Part shown: piece after piece, positions 28,574 to 39,533 of the stretch
Numbering within the stretch: the stretch's first letter is position 1
How the letters are laid out: every line of letters begins with the position of its first letter
Sequence record: NZ_CP096708.1
Reading direction: 5' to 3' (one strand)
Length of the DNA stretch: 64,000 nt
Source of the DNA: a plasmid
Translations under genes and position numbers: made by a program
The notes under the pieces: generated by a model
Told to the model about the DNA's origin: nothing
What the model saw: only the letters and a program-made list of their open reading frames with translations
Databases searched by the model: none

Positions 28574-29311
28574 ATGAATAAATTAAATCTATCTATCGGT
28601 ATCTTATTAGCAATTGCAACATCACTAACTCATGCAACTAAGACTGATGATGTTAAAGCCAAAGTGTTACAAAACTATCCAGCAACAACAGTATCTCAAG
28701 TAAACGAAACGCCACTGAAGAATATCTTTGAAGTCGTTATGGGTAAAAATGTTGCCTATACGGACGAAGAAGCAAGATATTTTATCTTTGGCAACTTGTT
28801 TGACATGAAGACACAGACTGATTTAACAACTACTCCTAGCAATAAAATTGAAATAGGGTTCCCATCTAAAGAACGTCTAAAAGATGCCGTCAAAACTGTT
28901 AAAGGGAATGGAAAAAGAAAATTAGCTGTTTTCAGTGATCCAGATTGCCCGTATTGCCAACAGCTTGAGCATAACCTGCAATCAATTACTGATGTAACAA
29001 TTTACACGTTCCTTTTCCCTCTTGAGAGCTTACATCCGCGTGCTAAAGGAACTGCAATTTCAATATGGTGCGCTAAAGATCAATCAAAAGCCTATCACGA
29101 ATACATGCTTAACAATAAGCAACCTCAAGTTAAGTCATGTGAAAACCCAATTGATCGCAATATTCAGTTTGGGGGAAGTATGGGAATTCAAGGCACACCT
29201 AGTGTGATCTTTGAAGATGGATCTCTCATCCCTGGCGCTATTAGTGCACCTGAATTAGAACGTCAATTGCAGGAAGCAAATAAGAAAGTAAATGGAGGGA
29301 TAAGCAAATGA
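28574..29311 (+). CDS. DsbC-like thiol:disulfide isomerase
   Basis: Signal peptide and a CPYC active site in DPDCPYCQQLE. Confidence 0.7.
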   Translation: MNKLNLSIGILLAIATSLTHATKTDDVKAKVLQNYPATTVSQVNETPLKNIFEVVMGKNVAYTDEEARYFIFGNLFDMKTQTDLTTTPSNKIEIGFPSKERLKDAVKTVKGNGKRKLAVFSDPDCPYCQQLEHNLQSITDVTIYTFLFPLESLHPRAKGTAISIWCAKDQSKAYHEYMLNNKQPQVKSCENPIDRNIQFGGSMGIQGTPSVIFEDGSLIPGAISAPELERQLQEANKKVNGGISK

Positions 29312-29940
29312 AAAAATCATTAACTCTTTCAGTTCTTATGTTATCTCTTAGCGGATGTGCAGTATTTAGTGGGGGTTTTGATGGCACTGGTGGGCAAAGC
29401 ACATTCTCATGTAAAGCCCCTGATGGAGTCATGTGCGATAGCATGACTGGTGTCATGGCAAATCTAAATGCTAATAACCTACCTTCACAGCAAGTTAAGC
29501 ATAAGCAAAATAAACAAAACGTACCTACGCAAAATCAAGCTCGAACAAGGGCGACTCAAGAAAATGCAATGCCTATTGCACCATATTCCCCAACTCCATT
29601 ATTGCGTCAACCAAAAACATTGCGGGTTTGGGTAGCACCATACGAATCTTCAGATCGAACTTTATTTGATCAGCAATATTTTTATATGGTTATTGATACT
29701 TGGAAATGGGGTATTGAGCATAATTCGAGACGTTTACAAGATGCTTATGCCCCTGTCGGTGCTCCAATCCTAAATTCCACAACTACAGTTGTTGCGGATC
29801 CGCAACATCAAGCGGTTGATAATGATGCTCCAATTCCAGTTTCAAATAGTAATACACCTACTAACGGTCAACTTACTAATGGCATCAATTCAGAGATCAA
29901 AGATCTTAATATTGATATTTCTAAATTTACTCGACAGTAA
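29308..29940 (+). CDS. traV: TraV-like lipoprotein
   Basis: Lipobox LSGCAVF. Positioned before traC. Confidence 0.55.
   Translation: MKKSLTLSVLMLSLSGCAVFSGGFDGTGGQSTFSCKAPDGVMCDSMTGVMANLNANNLPSQQVKHKQNKQNVPTQNQARTRATQENAMPIAPYSPTPLLRQPKTLRVWVAPYESSDRTLFDQQYFYMVIDTWKWGIEHNSRRLQDAYAPVGAPILNSTTTVVADPQHQAVDNDAPIPVSNSNTPTNGQLTNGINSEIKDLNIDISKFTRQ
29791..29806. repeat. Palindrome family copy inside the traV CDS
   Basis: Encodes VADPQ. Confidence 0.9.
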
Positions 29941-29956
29941 AGTGAGGATTTAGAAA

Positions 29957-32659
29957 ATGAATGCGAAAGTGAATTTCAAACAAATGGTTTTTAATTGGTG
30001 GCGTGTCAATGTACTTGGTGATGACCCTGATGGTAAAAGACCTACAAATGTAGATTTAGCAAATAAAATTTTAGATTCATACGGTATGTATCAGATTTTT
30101 AAGCTAGATATGTATGATGTGAAAAAGCAACTGTACTATAACGAAGGTTCAGTTGGGTTCGCACTTGAGTTATTACCTCAAACAGGATCAGATGAAGATT
30201 TTGTTTCTAGATTAGTAAACATTGTATCTAACTTTCCTGCTGAAACTGGTATCCAATTACTTCATATTGGTACTCCTGTTTTAGATGATGACTTGCAAGC
30301 ATATCTTGATATGCGTTCTAAATTGTTTATTGATAAGAAAGTAAATAATTTCGCAGTTGAATTTGCAAAAAATAGGATTAAGCATGTTCAATCTCGGAAA
30401 GGAAGACCGCAGTTTGGCCCTGATTCATATTATGTAATTAAACGACCGAAATTGGTTTTATCGGTAACTAGATCAGGCAACTATCAAGACAAAGCTCTTG
30501 TTTCACAAATGGAAAAAATGTGTAAAGCGGTTTCAAGCCAATTAACCCAGGCTAAACTACCTGCTCAAGTATTAACACCACGACTCCTATTAAAAATAAT
30601 AAAGCCGTTGTTAGATCCAGAGGGTATGTTTAGGAACTTACCTGCTGAGCATGAATTTGCTGTACCTAAGTCTTATCCTACAGTTCAATACAATCCACTC
30701 GATAGTATAAAAACTCAGTTAACACCTTTAGGTCATGTTGCTGAAGTAAGAACACGTGAAATTGTTTTTGGGCCAAAAGAGCAGATCAATATTCAAGAAA
30801 CATCCTCAAAAGTTGATAAACCTTTTTGGGAACAGGATGATGAAGATGAGAAAATTGTTGATAAAAGAATTGCTTTTAGAGCCTTTGGTATAACTGGATA
30901 TCCTAAGACAAAACAGCTATGGGAAATGAGCGATATTATTGGATTATTTAATGATAATTCTCAACAATATCCTTGCCCATTCATTATTTGTACGGGTATT
31001 TACATCCTAGATAAGAACTCTTCAGAAACAACTGCAAGGGTAAAACATGCACGTGCGAAGCAGAACGCAGAATCAAAAATGGCTAAGTGGCAGCCTGAAT
31101 ATGCAGAAATTTTTAATGATTGGGATGCAATTGTTCACCACCTTCATAAAAACGGAGCGATGTGTGAGCTATACAATACTGTAGGTATTTTTGCACCTTT
31201 AAATGAATTGGATAACTACTCCCAAAATGTAATTAATATTTGGAAGTCTAACCAATTTAATATCATGACCCTGAATCTCCTTCAGTTACCCCTTTATTAT
31301 ATTTCTATGCCGATGATCCTAAGCAAAAAAGCTAGGGATGATCTAAAAAAACTTCGCTATCTGAGCACTAAGACCACTATTAATGCTGTTGATATGATGC
31401 CTCTTATATCTGAGTGGCAAGGCTTTGGTCGTCCAGTCATTATGACTTTTGGTAGACGTGGAGTACCTTGTTTTTTTGACCTATTTTCTAACAAGGCTGG
31501 TAACTACAATTTTTATATCTGTGGTGTTTCAGGAGCAGGTAAATCGGTCTTCTCGTTAGAAATATTGGCAGCTTATAAGAGTCTCGGATATAAAATTTAT
31601 ATTCTTGATGTCGGTCGTTCATTTAAGAATTTCGTTGCATTGTCAAAAGGCCAAACTATCGACTTTGCCAAACGCGAACGAATTTGTATGAATCCTTTCT
31701 CTTGGCTTGAGGTAGTTGGGGAGGACGAAGATACAGAGGGTGATTTTACTTTAAATACATTCGCACAAGAAATGAAAATGCTTTTGCCAATGTATGCAAA
31801 GATGGCTTCTCCTGAAGCGCCACTTGATGCTTATGAAAAAGCTTTAATGTCAAAAGCAATCAAGCATACATGGGATGAGTTTGGTCAAAAAAATGGTGTT
31901 GATCAAATCTCTGATTACCTTAAAACCATTACTGATCACACTGGAAATATTGATCCTGTTGGTTGGCGTTTGGGAACTCAGCTTGAGAATTTCAAAACAA
32001 CGGGAATGTATGGTGCATATTTCAATGGCGAAGCCAACATTGATCTGAACAACGATACTATTTACTTAGAACTTGAAGAACTAAAAGATTCTCCAGAACT
32101 CAAAACCGTAGTTTTGTTTGGTGTAACGAACCGCATCATGCGAGACATGTACTTATCAAGAAAACAAGGCAAAGTCATGTTTATTGATGAGGCCTGGCAA
32201 TTACTTGATGATACTGCTGAAACTGCTGCATTTATTGAGGAGGGTTATCGTAGAGCACGTAAATACAATGGTAGTTTTGGTATGGGAACTCAAGGTATTG
32301 ACGATGCTTTTAAAAATGATGCGGCACGTGCAGCCTATAATTCAGCAGACTGGAAATTTTATCTACGTCAGGATTTAGAATCATTTGAAAAATTAATATC
32401 TGAGAAGAAGGCTAACTTCTCCGACAACATTGCACACCAAATTAGAAGTTTGGATACGCAAGGTGGGATGTATTCGGAAATCATGGTTACTTCACCAAAC
32501 GGCAAGCATATTGTACGTCATATCGCTGATCCATTTTCTCTTGCAATGGCATCTACTAATGCTGATGACTATGTATATATCGAAGAATGTATTAACAAAG
32601 GTATGAGCACCGTAGAAGCGGTATATGCGCTTATGTCACTTAAAGAGGAAGCAGCATAA
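29957..32659 (+). CDS. traC: TraC/VirB4-family ATPase
   Basis: A 900-aa protein with Walker A GVSGAGKS. Confidence 0.85.
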   Translation: MNAKVNFKQMVFNWWRVNVLGDDPDGKRPTNVDLANKILDSYGMYQIFKLDMYDVKKQLYYNEGSVGFALELLPQTGSDEDFVSRLVNIVSNFPAETGIQLLHIGTPVLDDDLQAYLDMRSKLFIDKKVNNFAVEFAKNRIKHVQSRKGRPQFGPDSYYVIKRPKLVLSVTRSGNYQDKALVSQMEKMCKAVSSQLTQAKLPAQVLTPRLLLKIIKPLLDPEGMFRNLPAEHEFAVPKSYPTVQYNPLDSIKTQLTPLGHVAEVRTREIVFGPKEQINIQETSSKVDKPFWEQDDEDEKIVDKRIAFRAFGITGYPKTKQLWEMSDIIGLFNDNSQQYPCPFIICTGIYILDKNSSETTARVKHARAKQNAESKMAKWQPEYAEIFNDWDAIVHHLHKNGAMCELYNTVGIFAPLNELDNYSQNVINIWKSNQFNIMTLNLLQLPLYYISMPMILSKKARDDLKKLRYLSTKTTINAVDMMPLISEWQGFGRPVIMTFGRRGVPCFFDLFSNKAGNYNFYICGVSGAGKSVFSLEILAAYKSLGYKIYILDVGRSFKNFVALSKGQTIDFAKRERICMNPFSWLEVVGEDEDTEGDFTLNTFAQEMKMLLPMYAKMASPEAPLDAYEKALMSKAIKHTWDEFGQKNGVDQISDYLKTITDHTGNIDPVGWRLGTQLENFKTTGMYGAYFNGEANIDLNNDTIYLELEELKDSPELKTVVLFGVTNRIMRDMYLSRKQGKVMFIDEAWQLLDDTAETAAFIEEGYRRARKYNGSFGMGTQGIDDAFKNDAARAAYNSADWKFYLRQDLESFEKLISEKKANFSDNIAHQIRSLDTQGGMYSEIMVTSPNGKHIVRHIADPFSLAMASTNADDYVYIEECINKGMSTVEAVYALMSLKEEAA

Positions 32660-33075
32660 TGGAAAATAAAGAACCAAAAACACGCAGCAACAGCATGATA
32701 GATAGACTTACATTTATTGCAAGTTCAGCACTAATTGCTTTGCTTGTTACAGCGCCACTTATTTTTTATATAGATTATCGTAAGGTCAAAATTGGAACAA
32801 TTAACGTTCAAAGTTTGGTTGTAGAGCATGAACGGAACTTAACTAATTTACTTTACCAGGGAGTAAAAAATACGGAAAGTGATCAAGTTGATTTGACGCA
32901 ACAAACAAAAATTGCTGAGGTTGAGAATCAAAGATTTGCAAAGAAACTTGATATTGCAGTTAAAAAGGTTAGTGAAGAATGCAATTGTATTCTAATCAAT
33001 AAAGCAGCTCTATTGGCTGATACAACTAGAGCAACTGATTATACCCAACAAGTTAAAAGTGCTTTGAAAGACTAA
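32659..33075 (+). CDS. TrbI-like inner-membrane protein
   Basis: N-terminal transmembrane segment. Positioned between traC and traW, as in F. Confidence 0.4.
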   Translation: MENKEPKTRSNSMIDRLTFIASSALIALLVTAPLIFYIDYRKVKIGTINVQSLVVEHERNLTNLLYQGVKNTESDQVDLTQQTKIAEVENQRFAKKLDIAVKKVSEECNCILINKAALLADTTRATDYTQQVKSALKD

Positions 33076-33108
33076 CCGTAGAACAAAAATAGTCTAAAAC
33101 TTTATAGA

Positions 33109-33137
33109 AGCTGAAAAGCTTAAGGTGTGAATTTTAT
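33109..33137 (+). promoter_or_regulatory. Conserved leader-RBS module (hairpin 2 only)
   Basis: AGCT-GAAA-AGCT at 33109-33120. AAGGTG at 33122-33127. ATG at 33138. Confidence 0.6.
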
Positions 33138-33635
33138 ATGCGTGAAATTAAACGATTCCGAGCTACACGAGTCATTCTTGTGACCATGTTTGCCTTTCTA
33201 TTACTCAGCCTTGCATTGTTCATCAGTACTAAATGGTACATCTATACGATCAATATGACGCAAAGTTTAAATGGCAGTATTTATGTCATCAAAAAAGGAG
33301 CACCAGTACAAAAAGGTGATTTGGTCGGTTTTAAATGGAATGGAAATATTAAATATCCTAAAGATGCCATTTTTGTAAAAGTTGTTTCAGGTGTAGAAAA
33401 CGATCACATCAAAGTTAATGGCCGTAGTGTATTTATCAATGATAAATACATTGGAAAAGCAAAAGAGTATAGCTCTGATGGGAAAATCAAATTAGATGTA
33501 ATTGAACCACACAAGATTGAGAAAGACGAAATATTCGTGAGCACACCACATAAGGACAGCTTGGATAGTCGTTATGCATTGGTAGGAACTATTAAAAAAG
33601 ACATTATATTGGGGAAAGCTTATGAAATTTTCTAA
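33138..33635 (+). CDS. Signal-peptidase-I-like conjugative peptidase (TraF/TrhF-type)
   Basis: N-terminal transmembrane segment followed by an S26-like fold. Positioned between traC and traW, as in H-type/ICE F-like systems. Confidence 0.55.
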   Translation: MREIKRFRATRVILVTMFAFLLLSLALFISTKWYIYTINMTQSLNGSIYVIKKGAPVQKGDLVGFKWNGNIKYPKDAIFVKVVSGVENDHIKVNGRSVFINDKYIGKAKEYSSDGKIKLDVIEPHKIEKDEIFVSTPHKDSLDSRYALVGTIKKDIILGKAYEIF

Positions 33636-34260
33636 AACCATTATCACTGCTTTATGTTGCGGATCCGCAACACTTATTAGTGCAAAAGACTTAGGAACGC
33701 ATGGAGCTGTCTACAAGATTCAGGAACCAGATGCCCTAGAACAGATCTACGATAAATTAAAGGCTATGGAGAAAACGGGAGCACTACAGAAAAAACAAAA
33801 GGAAGCTGTAGACCGTGCTTTAAATACTGCAAAAAATCCGAAGCCAGTTGAAAACATTCAAACAGCAACAACTCGTAGAGTCCGTATGTTTGATCCAACA
33901 ATGAGACTTTCTAATGACATTACTACTGATGAAGGCTTAGTGGTTGCGAGAGCAGGAACGAGCGTTAACCCTCTTGATACTGTGACAATGACTAAGACTC
34001 TTGTTTTTTTTAAAGGCTCAGATCCTGAGCAAGTAGCCGCAGTAAAAAAACTAGTAGATGCATATAAAAACCGTATTACACCTCTTTTAGTCGATGGTTC
34101 CTGGTACGACCTTACAAAATCATGGAAAAGACAAGTTTATTTTGATCAGCAAGGTTATATCAGCCGAAAACTTCAAATAACGACAGTACCTGCAATTGTG
34201 CGTCAAAACGGAAAACTTCTAGAGATATCAGAAGTACCAGCTAAGGAGCTTAAGCCATGA
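33622..34260 (+). CDS. traW: TraW-like
   Basis: Signal peptide. Size and order match. Confidence 0.6.
   Translation: MKFSKTIITALCCGSATLISAKDLGTHGAVYKIQEPDALEQIYDKLKAMEKTGALQKKQKEAVDRALNTAKNPKPVENIQTATTRRVRMFDPTMRLSNDITTDEGLVVARAGTSVNPLDTVTMTKTLVFFKGSDPEQVAAVKKLVDAYKNRITPLLVDGSWYDLTKSWKRQVYFDQQGYISRKLQITTVPAIVRQNGKLLEISEVPAKELKP
33656..33671. repeat. Palindrome family copy inside the traW CDS
   Basis: Encodes CCGSAT in the signal peptide. Confidence 0.9.
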
Positions 34261-35300
34261 TCAGACATTTACTAGCTGTTTTACTTCTAGTGTTTACAAG
34301 TTTTGCATTTGCCGCAGAAGATAACAATTCAGAATCAAATCAAACTAATCTGCGTTGTCCTGGTGAATTTGCAAATCCTATTACGGATATATGCTGGAGT
34401 TGCATTTTTCCTATTTCAATGGGTGGTATGCCTTTGTGGACTGGTGGACAGGAAGATAACAGGAATCCATCGCAATTATTTTGTAGCTGTGCAGTTCCTA
34501 GAATCTATTTAGGTATACAAACTGGATTCTGGGAGCCAGTAAGACGTGTTGATGTTACTCGGACGCCTTACTGTATGGTGTCTTTGGGTACTCAATTAGA
34601 TGTTGGCGTAACAGCGCCAGAAGGTGAAGTAAGACTCCATAGTGATAATGACCGCCATTCCTTTTATCAGGCACATTGGTATACCGATCCCATTATGATG
34701 TGGTTAGAAATCATATATGAACATCCATGCACAGAAACTGGTTACTTTGATATTGGATATATGACTGAACTAGATCCAATGTGGAATGATGATGAATTGT
34801 CAGCCATTCTTTCACCTGAAGCAGCTCTCTTTACAAATCCTGTCACACAGGCTGCATGTGCAGGAGATTGTGTTATGGCTTCAGCAGGATTTGGTTCTAA
34901 TGCTTTGTTTTGGTGTGCTGGATGTAACGGTTCTATTTACCCTCTAAATGGAAATGTTGGTGCTCATGTAAGTCATATTCAAGCATCCTCACTTATTGCA
35001 CAACGATTAGCAGCAAAAATGCACCGTCAGTTTCTTACATGGGGTACTAATGGTGAAGCAGGCTTATGTGGTGTCTACCCACAACCAGTAATGGACAAAA
35101 CTGCATATAAATATCAAATGCTATATCCAGTTCCACAAACAAAGAAAATCAATGGAAAGTGTTGTCAGCCTTTTGGACGGACGACAACCGTGTGGGGTGC
35201 AGGTAAATCATGGCCTGTCACGGGAGAGCATTTTTCTTATGAGCTATTTAGAAAGAAAAACTGCTGTCTAGGCCCTATTTCACCTTTTTATGTATATTGA
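34257..35300 (+). CDS. traU: TraU-like
   Basis: Signal peptide and a Cys-rich 347-aa protein. Order matches. Confidence 0.7.
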   Translation: MIRHLLAVLLLVFTSFAFAAEDNNSESNQTNLRCPGEFANPITDICWSCIFPISMGGMPLWTGGQEDNRNPSQLFCSCAVPRIYLGIQTGFWEPVRRVDVTRTPYCMVSLGTQLDVGVTAPEGEVRLHSDNDRHSFYQAHWYTDPIMMWLEIIYEHPCTETGYFDIGYMTELDPMWNDDELSAILSPEAALFTNPVTQAACAGDCVMASAGFGSNALFWCAGCNGSIYPLNGNVGAHVSHIQASSLIAQRLAAKMHRQFLTWGTNGEAGLCGVYPQPVMDKTAYKYQMLYPVPQTKKINGKCCQPFGRTTTVWGAGKSWPVTGEHFSYELFRKKNCCLGPISPFYVY

Positions 35301-36023
35301 TTGGAGCATATAACAATGAAAAAAATTCTGTTAGTTGGATTAATCTCTGTTTCTTTCAACGTATATAGTGCGGATTTTCCAAGTGACCAAGCTATTCAGC
35401 AAGAAATGCAAAAAGTGCAAAACCAAAAGTTTTCTCAACAAGATTGGGAAAAGGCTCAGCAAAAAGCTTTAGAGCAAATTGAGAAAACTAAGTCGGTAGA
35501 AGCACGGCCCAATAATTTTCCTAATGTCCAAGCAGTAAGACCAACAGGTATAGATATTGGCAATATTGCAGCAAGGTACAAACGTAAAGTTGAAACTAAT
35601 AAAAGCATTGATGGTGTTGTAGCATTTGCAAGCTTATCTATGCCAAAAGAATCACTTAAAAAATTAGTAATAGATGTATCAAATGTTGGAGGTGCAGTAG
35701 TCTTCAGAGGGTTTAAAGACGGGAATTATATGGAGATGGCAAAGGCTATCTCACAGATAGGAGTAAAGTCAGCCAATATACAAATAAACCCAACCGCTTT
35801 TAAACAATATAAAGTTGAAGCTGTGCCAGCAATTGTTTTGGTAAAACCTGGAGCTGGTGAAAGCCTTGATGAAGAGGGCTGTGTTCTTCCTGAAAACCAT
35901 ACTAAAGTTACTGGTGATGTATCTTTATTGCATGCACTTGAACTAATCGAAAAAGAAGATAAATCTTTTAGCTCAATAGCTCAACGTTACCTTTCTTTTA
36001 TAAGAGGAGGTAATTCAAAATGA
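35301..36023 (+). CDS. trbC: TrbC-like
   Basis: Signal peptide. Order matches. Confidence 0.55.
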   Translation: MEHITMKKILLVGLISVSFNVYSADFPSDQAIQQEMQKVQNQKFSQQDWEKAQQKALEQIEKTKSVEARPNNFPNVQAVRPTGIDIGNIAARYKRKVETNKSIDGVVAFASLSMPKESLKKLVIDVSNVGGAVVFRGFKDGNYMEMAKAISQIGVKSANIQINPTAFKQYKVEAVPAIVLVKPGAGESLDEEGCVLPENHTKVTGDVSLLHALELIEKEDKSFSSIAQRYLSFIRGGNSK

Positions 36024-38695
36024 AAAGATTAATTTCTGCAATCCTGATTACTTCAGCATTTTTAAATCCAGTTTTTGCTCAAACTGCTGAGCAAGAAGGG
36101 ATAGATTTTGGGCGTAATTCAATTCAAGGTACTTCAGAATTGGTAAATACTAACTCAGGCCAAAATACAGTTCCGAGATATTCTACAGATGCACCCGAAT
36201 CAAGTTATTTTCAAAACGGTCTAGGGAATATTAATGCTGTAGGAAACAATAAAGTTAATAATTGTTTAAATGGTCAGGCGGGTACGAACGATCAAAACTT
36301 GGAATGTGAAGCTATTAATTTAGTAAATAAAAGTGCTACTTCTAGACCTATATACAGTATTGATCCTAAGAAAGATGAGGTTATACAGTCTAGTCAAAAG
36401 ATTACTAAAGAAGCACCTAAAAATCTTGAAAATGGTCAAACTTGTTTTGTCAAAGAAGTAAAAGTCAAACCTGTCTATGAAGAGCAACAATGTATGCAGG
36501 GGCAAGCTTTCTCACAAGCGCAATGCTTAGAGCAGACAGTTAATGATGTTTGTCCTGTAAGTGTAGACGGGAATATTTGTAATGGTGACACGGGTATTGA
36601 TGCAAAGCAAATCTCAACAAGTGGTCAAAATAACGCCTATATTAGATATCAAAACAATAAAATATACATGGGTTTAGGCTTAGAAAATACAAAGCGTCCT
36701 TTAGGTAGCTACAGTGCAACTTATAAAATAACAGTAAGAGAAAAGTCTAAACTTGGATATGTAAAGTTAGTTCGTAGTATTTACGATGATGGTTATATAT
36801 TAAGAATTAATGGTTCAGAAGCCTTAGCTGTCAATGTCAATGGAGAGGGCAATAACGTAGAATGGACGACTGACAAAGATCTAAGTCCTTATTTTAAAGA
36901 AGGTGAAAATACACTTGAGTTGATTGTATTTAATACCGTAGATAACAGTCAGTACCGAGCTGATCTCGAAATTAATATTCCTCTATATTGTGAATGTACC
37001 AAAAAGAAAACAAACACTTGTAATGATGAAATTACCAAAAACCCTTCTTGTGGTATTCAAAGTAATGTTTGCCAGGAAAAGGATTGGAAAGGTAATTGCG
37101 TTGTAAATTTGCAGAATTATGTTTGTCGAGACAGCAACTTCTATCAACAGAGAAAAAGTTGTGAAACAACAAAATTAGTGCAATGTAGAAACCCATCTGG
37201 TGTTGTAAAGGACATCTCTACTTGTGATCAAGGCGTTGATTACGAAACATTGCAAATGACACAGAATGAAGGTAATGGGAGCTTTAATAAATCACCGACT
37301 TCCTTCTCCCTAAGTACAAGTGGCGATGATGGTAGAGGAAGATCAAGCCGTAGAAACTATGCAGTTACCTTTAATATTAAGGATGTTAATTCTACAAACA
37401 TGGTGTTGAAACAAGTTCATTACGACAATAGAGGAATCGTGTACGTAAATAATTCTGAAGTTTTCAATCGGTCTACAAATACAAATCAAACTGACAATGT
37501 CAGTATTAATTTACGCCCTTATCTAAGAAACGGATCAAATACAATCAGATTGTATATAGATAACTGGGATGGGCCTTGGTCTGGAAGCATTAATGTAGAA
37601 ACAAATTACCAATGTTCATGCCAACAACAAGAAATTAGTTCTTGTAATGTTAGCAATACTTGTAAAGTAGTTTCTGAAACATGTACTGATTCAGCCCCAA
37701 GAAATATCAATGGAGTAATAGTTAATGGATGTTGGAAATCACAAAAAACATATAGTTGTGAACAAGGTGGAACAACACTTAGTGATTGCCAACAGTTTGT
37801 TAATAAAGGATGTGAACAAATCGGTAGTGTTTGTACAGCAAAAGATTCTAATGGGAAATGTTTAAGTTACAGTCAAACTTATCGCTGCGAAAAAACACCA
37901 GCACGTACAGAAAACCAAACCATTTGTGTGCAAGCTAATTGTATTGATGGAAAGTGTTATCAAGAATCAAACGAACCAGATACCGATTTTGGTCAAGCAG
38001 TGGCAATGATGGAGGTTGCACGTGAAGCAGGTGTATATGGCGAAGTAGATGCTACTAAGACCATGAAAGTATTCAATGGTGAAGGTGGAACATGCACCGT
38101 TAAATTATTAGCAGGCCATAATATTATGAGCTGTTGTAAAGAAATAAAAGTGAATGTAGACAAGGCTAGTAATAACTCAACTAATAGTAAGCAATCACAA
38201 GCAATGGGAAATAATCCAGATCAGCCTGCCCAGCAAACTGAAGGATCCACCTATCAATATGATGATCTCTACAATGATGATTCAAAAACAATGACAAGTC
38301 TTCAAGGTGATTTAACTCTTGGATGGCTTGAATGTACTGAAGAAGAGAGAGGATTGGCGGTTAAGCGGGGTGGGAGTTTGTGTTCTCATGCTAAAACTTG
38401 GTGTTCAAAGAGTTTGCCTTTAATTGGTTGTACTGAAGAAAGTAGAAGCTACTGCTGTTTTAAAAGCATCTTAGCAAAAATCATTAACCGTGAAGGTCGT
38501 AAGCAACTCGGCTTATCTCTGGAAACTTGTGAGGGTATTTCAGTTGAGCAGCTTCAGAAGCTAGATTTTTCTAAAATTGATATGACTGAATTTACTGAAT
38601 CAGTTGTACCAAAAAATATAGATCTAGGTGATCGAGCTGAAAAAATTAAACAACGAGTTGAAAAGCAAAGTGTTGGGGGATATTACAGTGAATAA
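36020..38695 (+). CDS. traN: TraN-like mating-pair stabilisation protein
   Basis: An 891-aa secreted protein, very Cys-rich. Confidence 0.7.
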   Translation: MKRLISAILITSAFLNPVFAQTAEQEGIDFGRNSIQGTSELVNTNSGQNTVPRYSTDAPESSYFQNGLGNINAVGNNKVNNCLNGQAGTNDQNLECEAINLVNKSATSRPIYSIDPKKDEVIQSSQKITKEAPKNLENGQTCFVKEVKVKPVYEEQQCMQGQAFSQAQCLEQTVNDVCPVSVDGNICNGDTGIDAKQISTSGQNNAYIRYQNNKIYMGLGLENTKRPLGSYSATYKITVREKSKLGYVKLVRSIYDDGYILRINGSEALAVNVNGEGNNVEWTTDKDLSPYFKEGENTLELIVFNTVDNSQYRADLEINIPLYCECTKKKTNTCNDEITKNPSCGIQSNVCQEKDWKGNCVVNLQNYVCRDSNFYQQRKSCETTKLVQCRNPSGVVKDISTCDQGVDYETLQMTQNEGNGSFNKSPTSFSLSTSGDDGRGRSSRRNYAVTFNIKDVNSTNMVLKQVHYDNRGIVYVNNSEVFNRSTNTNQTDNVSINLRPYLRNGSNTIRLYIDNWDGPWSGSINVETNYQCSCQQQEISSCNVSNTCKVVSETCTDSAPRNINGVIVNGCWKSQKTYSCEQGGTTLSDCQQFVNKGCEQIGSVCTAKDSNGKCLSYSQTYRCEKTPARTENQTICVQANCIDGKCYQESNEPDTDFGQAVAMMEVAREAGVYGEVDATKTMKVFNGEGGTCTVKLLAGHNIMSCCKEIKVNVDKASNNSTNSKQSQAMGNNPDQPAQQTEGSTYQYDDLYNDDSKTMTSLQGDLTLGWLECTEEERGLAVKRGGSLCSHAKTWCSKSLPLIGCTEESRSYCCFKSILAKIINREGRKQLGLSLETCEGISVEQLQKLDFSKIDMTEFTESVVPKNIDLGDRAEKIKQRVEKQSVGGYYSE

Positions 38696-39497
38696 GTTAC
38701 TTGCTGTGGTTGTGGCTTTAAGTGCATTTAATCTCAATGCTAAATCTGCATTAGATTACGATTCTGTATGGAAATGCGACAACAAAAAAATGAACTGGTA
38801 CTGTGATGAAAAGCCACAGAAAAAAACTTCACCGTTGGTAATGAAAAGACCAGTTGCGGATCCGCAACTTAGCACAACACCTTTGTTCAAAGATTTAAAT
38901 AAATTAAAGACGGTCGAAGAATTAAAAGCTGAAGTACAAAATCGGTTGAACATTGCAACAATGAATCCATCTCCGCAAAATGTAGAAAGATATATTGAAG
39001 CAAATCAATTTATGCTGGATAAATCGACTGTTTTTGCTGATCAATGGCGAAGAGTTGTATATCAGAAACCGCAGTACGATTACTCGTTAAAAAGTCCAAG
39101 TAATAACTCAGCAATACGTGTACAGAACCAGGTCAAAACAGATCAAATGGATAATTACCTAAAAAGTCTGAGTAAGGAACAAGGGTTAATTTTCTTTTTC
39201 CGCAGTGATTGTCCATACTGTCACAAGATGGCACCGACTTTAAGAATGCTATCTGATAAATATGGAATTGAAGTGCTTGGTGTAACTATTGACGGAGGGG
39301 GATTACCTGATTTCCCAAACCCTGTTGATGGTAGAGCCGTAGCACAGAATTGGGGTATTGATAAAGTACCTGCAACGTTTATTGCATCTAAGAAAACAAA
39401 AGAGCATGCCCCGATAGGTTTTGGAGTTATGTCTCTAAATGAAGTGATCGAACGAATCTGGATATTAACTAATACTAAACCAGGTCAAGATTTCTAA
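38688..39497 (+). CDS. traF: TraF-like thioredoxin-fold protein
   Basis: GTG start at 38688 gives the signal peptide MNKLLAVVVALSA. CPYC lies in FFRSDCPYCHKM. Confidence 0.65.
   Translation: MNKLLAVVVALSAFNLNAKSALDYDSVWKCDNKKMNWYCDEKPQKKTSPLVMKRPVADPQLSTTPLFKDLNKLKTVEELKAEVQNRLNIATMNPSPQNVERYIEANQFMLDKSTVFADQWRRVVYQKPQYDYSLKSPSNNSAIRVQNQVKTDQMDNYLKSLSKEQGLIFFFRSDCPYCHKMAPTLRMLSDKYGIEVLGVTIDGGGLPDFPNPVDGRAVAQNWGIDKVPATFIASKKTKEHAPIGFGVMSLNEVIERIWILTNTKPGQDF
38853..38868. repeat. Palindrome family copy inside the traF CDS
   Basis: Encodes VADPQ. Confidence 0.9.
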
Positions 39498-39508
39498 AAT
39501 TCTAACGG

Positions 39509-39533
39509 AGCCGATAGGCTTATGGTGTTAAAA
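39509..39533 (+). promoter_or_regulatory. Conserved leader-RBS module (hairpin 2 only)
   Basis: AGCC-GATA-GGCT TATGGTG ttaaaa ATG. The 33-nt stretch is identical to 57150-57178. Confidence 0.6.

Noticed and set aside
38756-38953. 65-aa minus-strand ORF overlapping the traF start
   Set aside because: It lies inside the traF coding region and is created by the palindrome read on the opposite strand.
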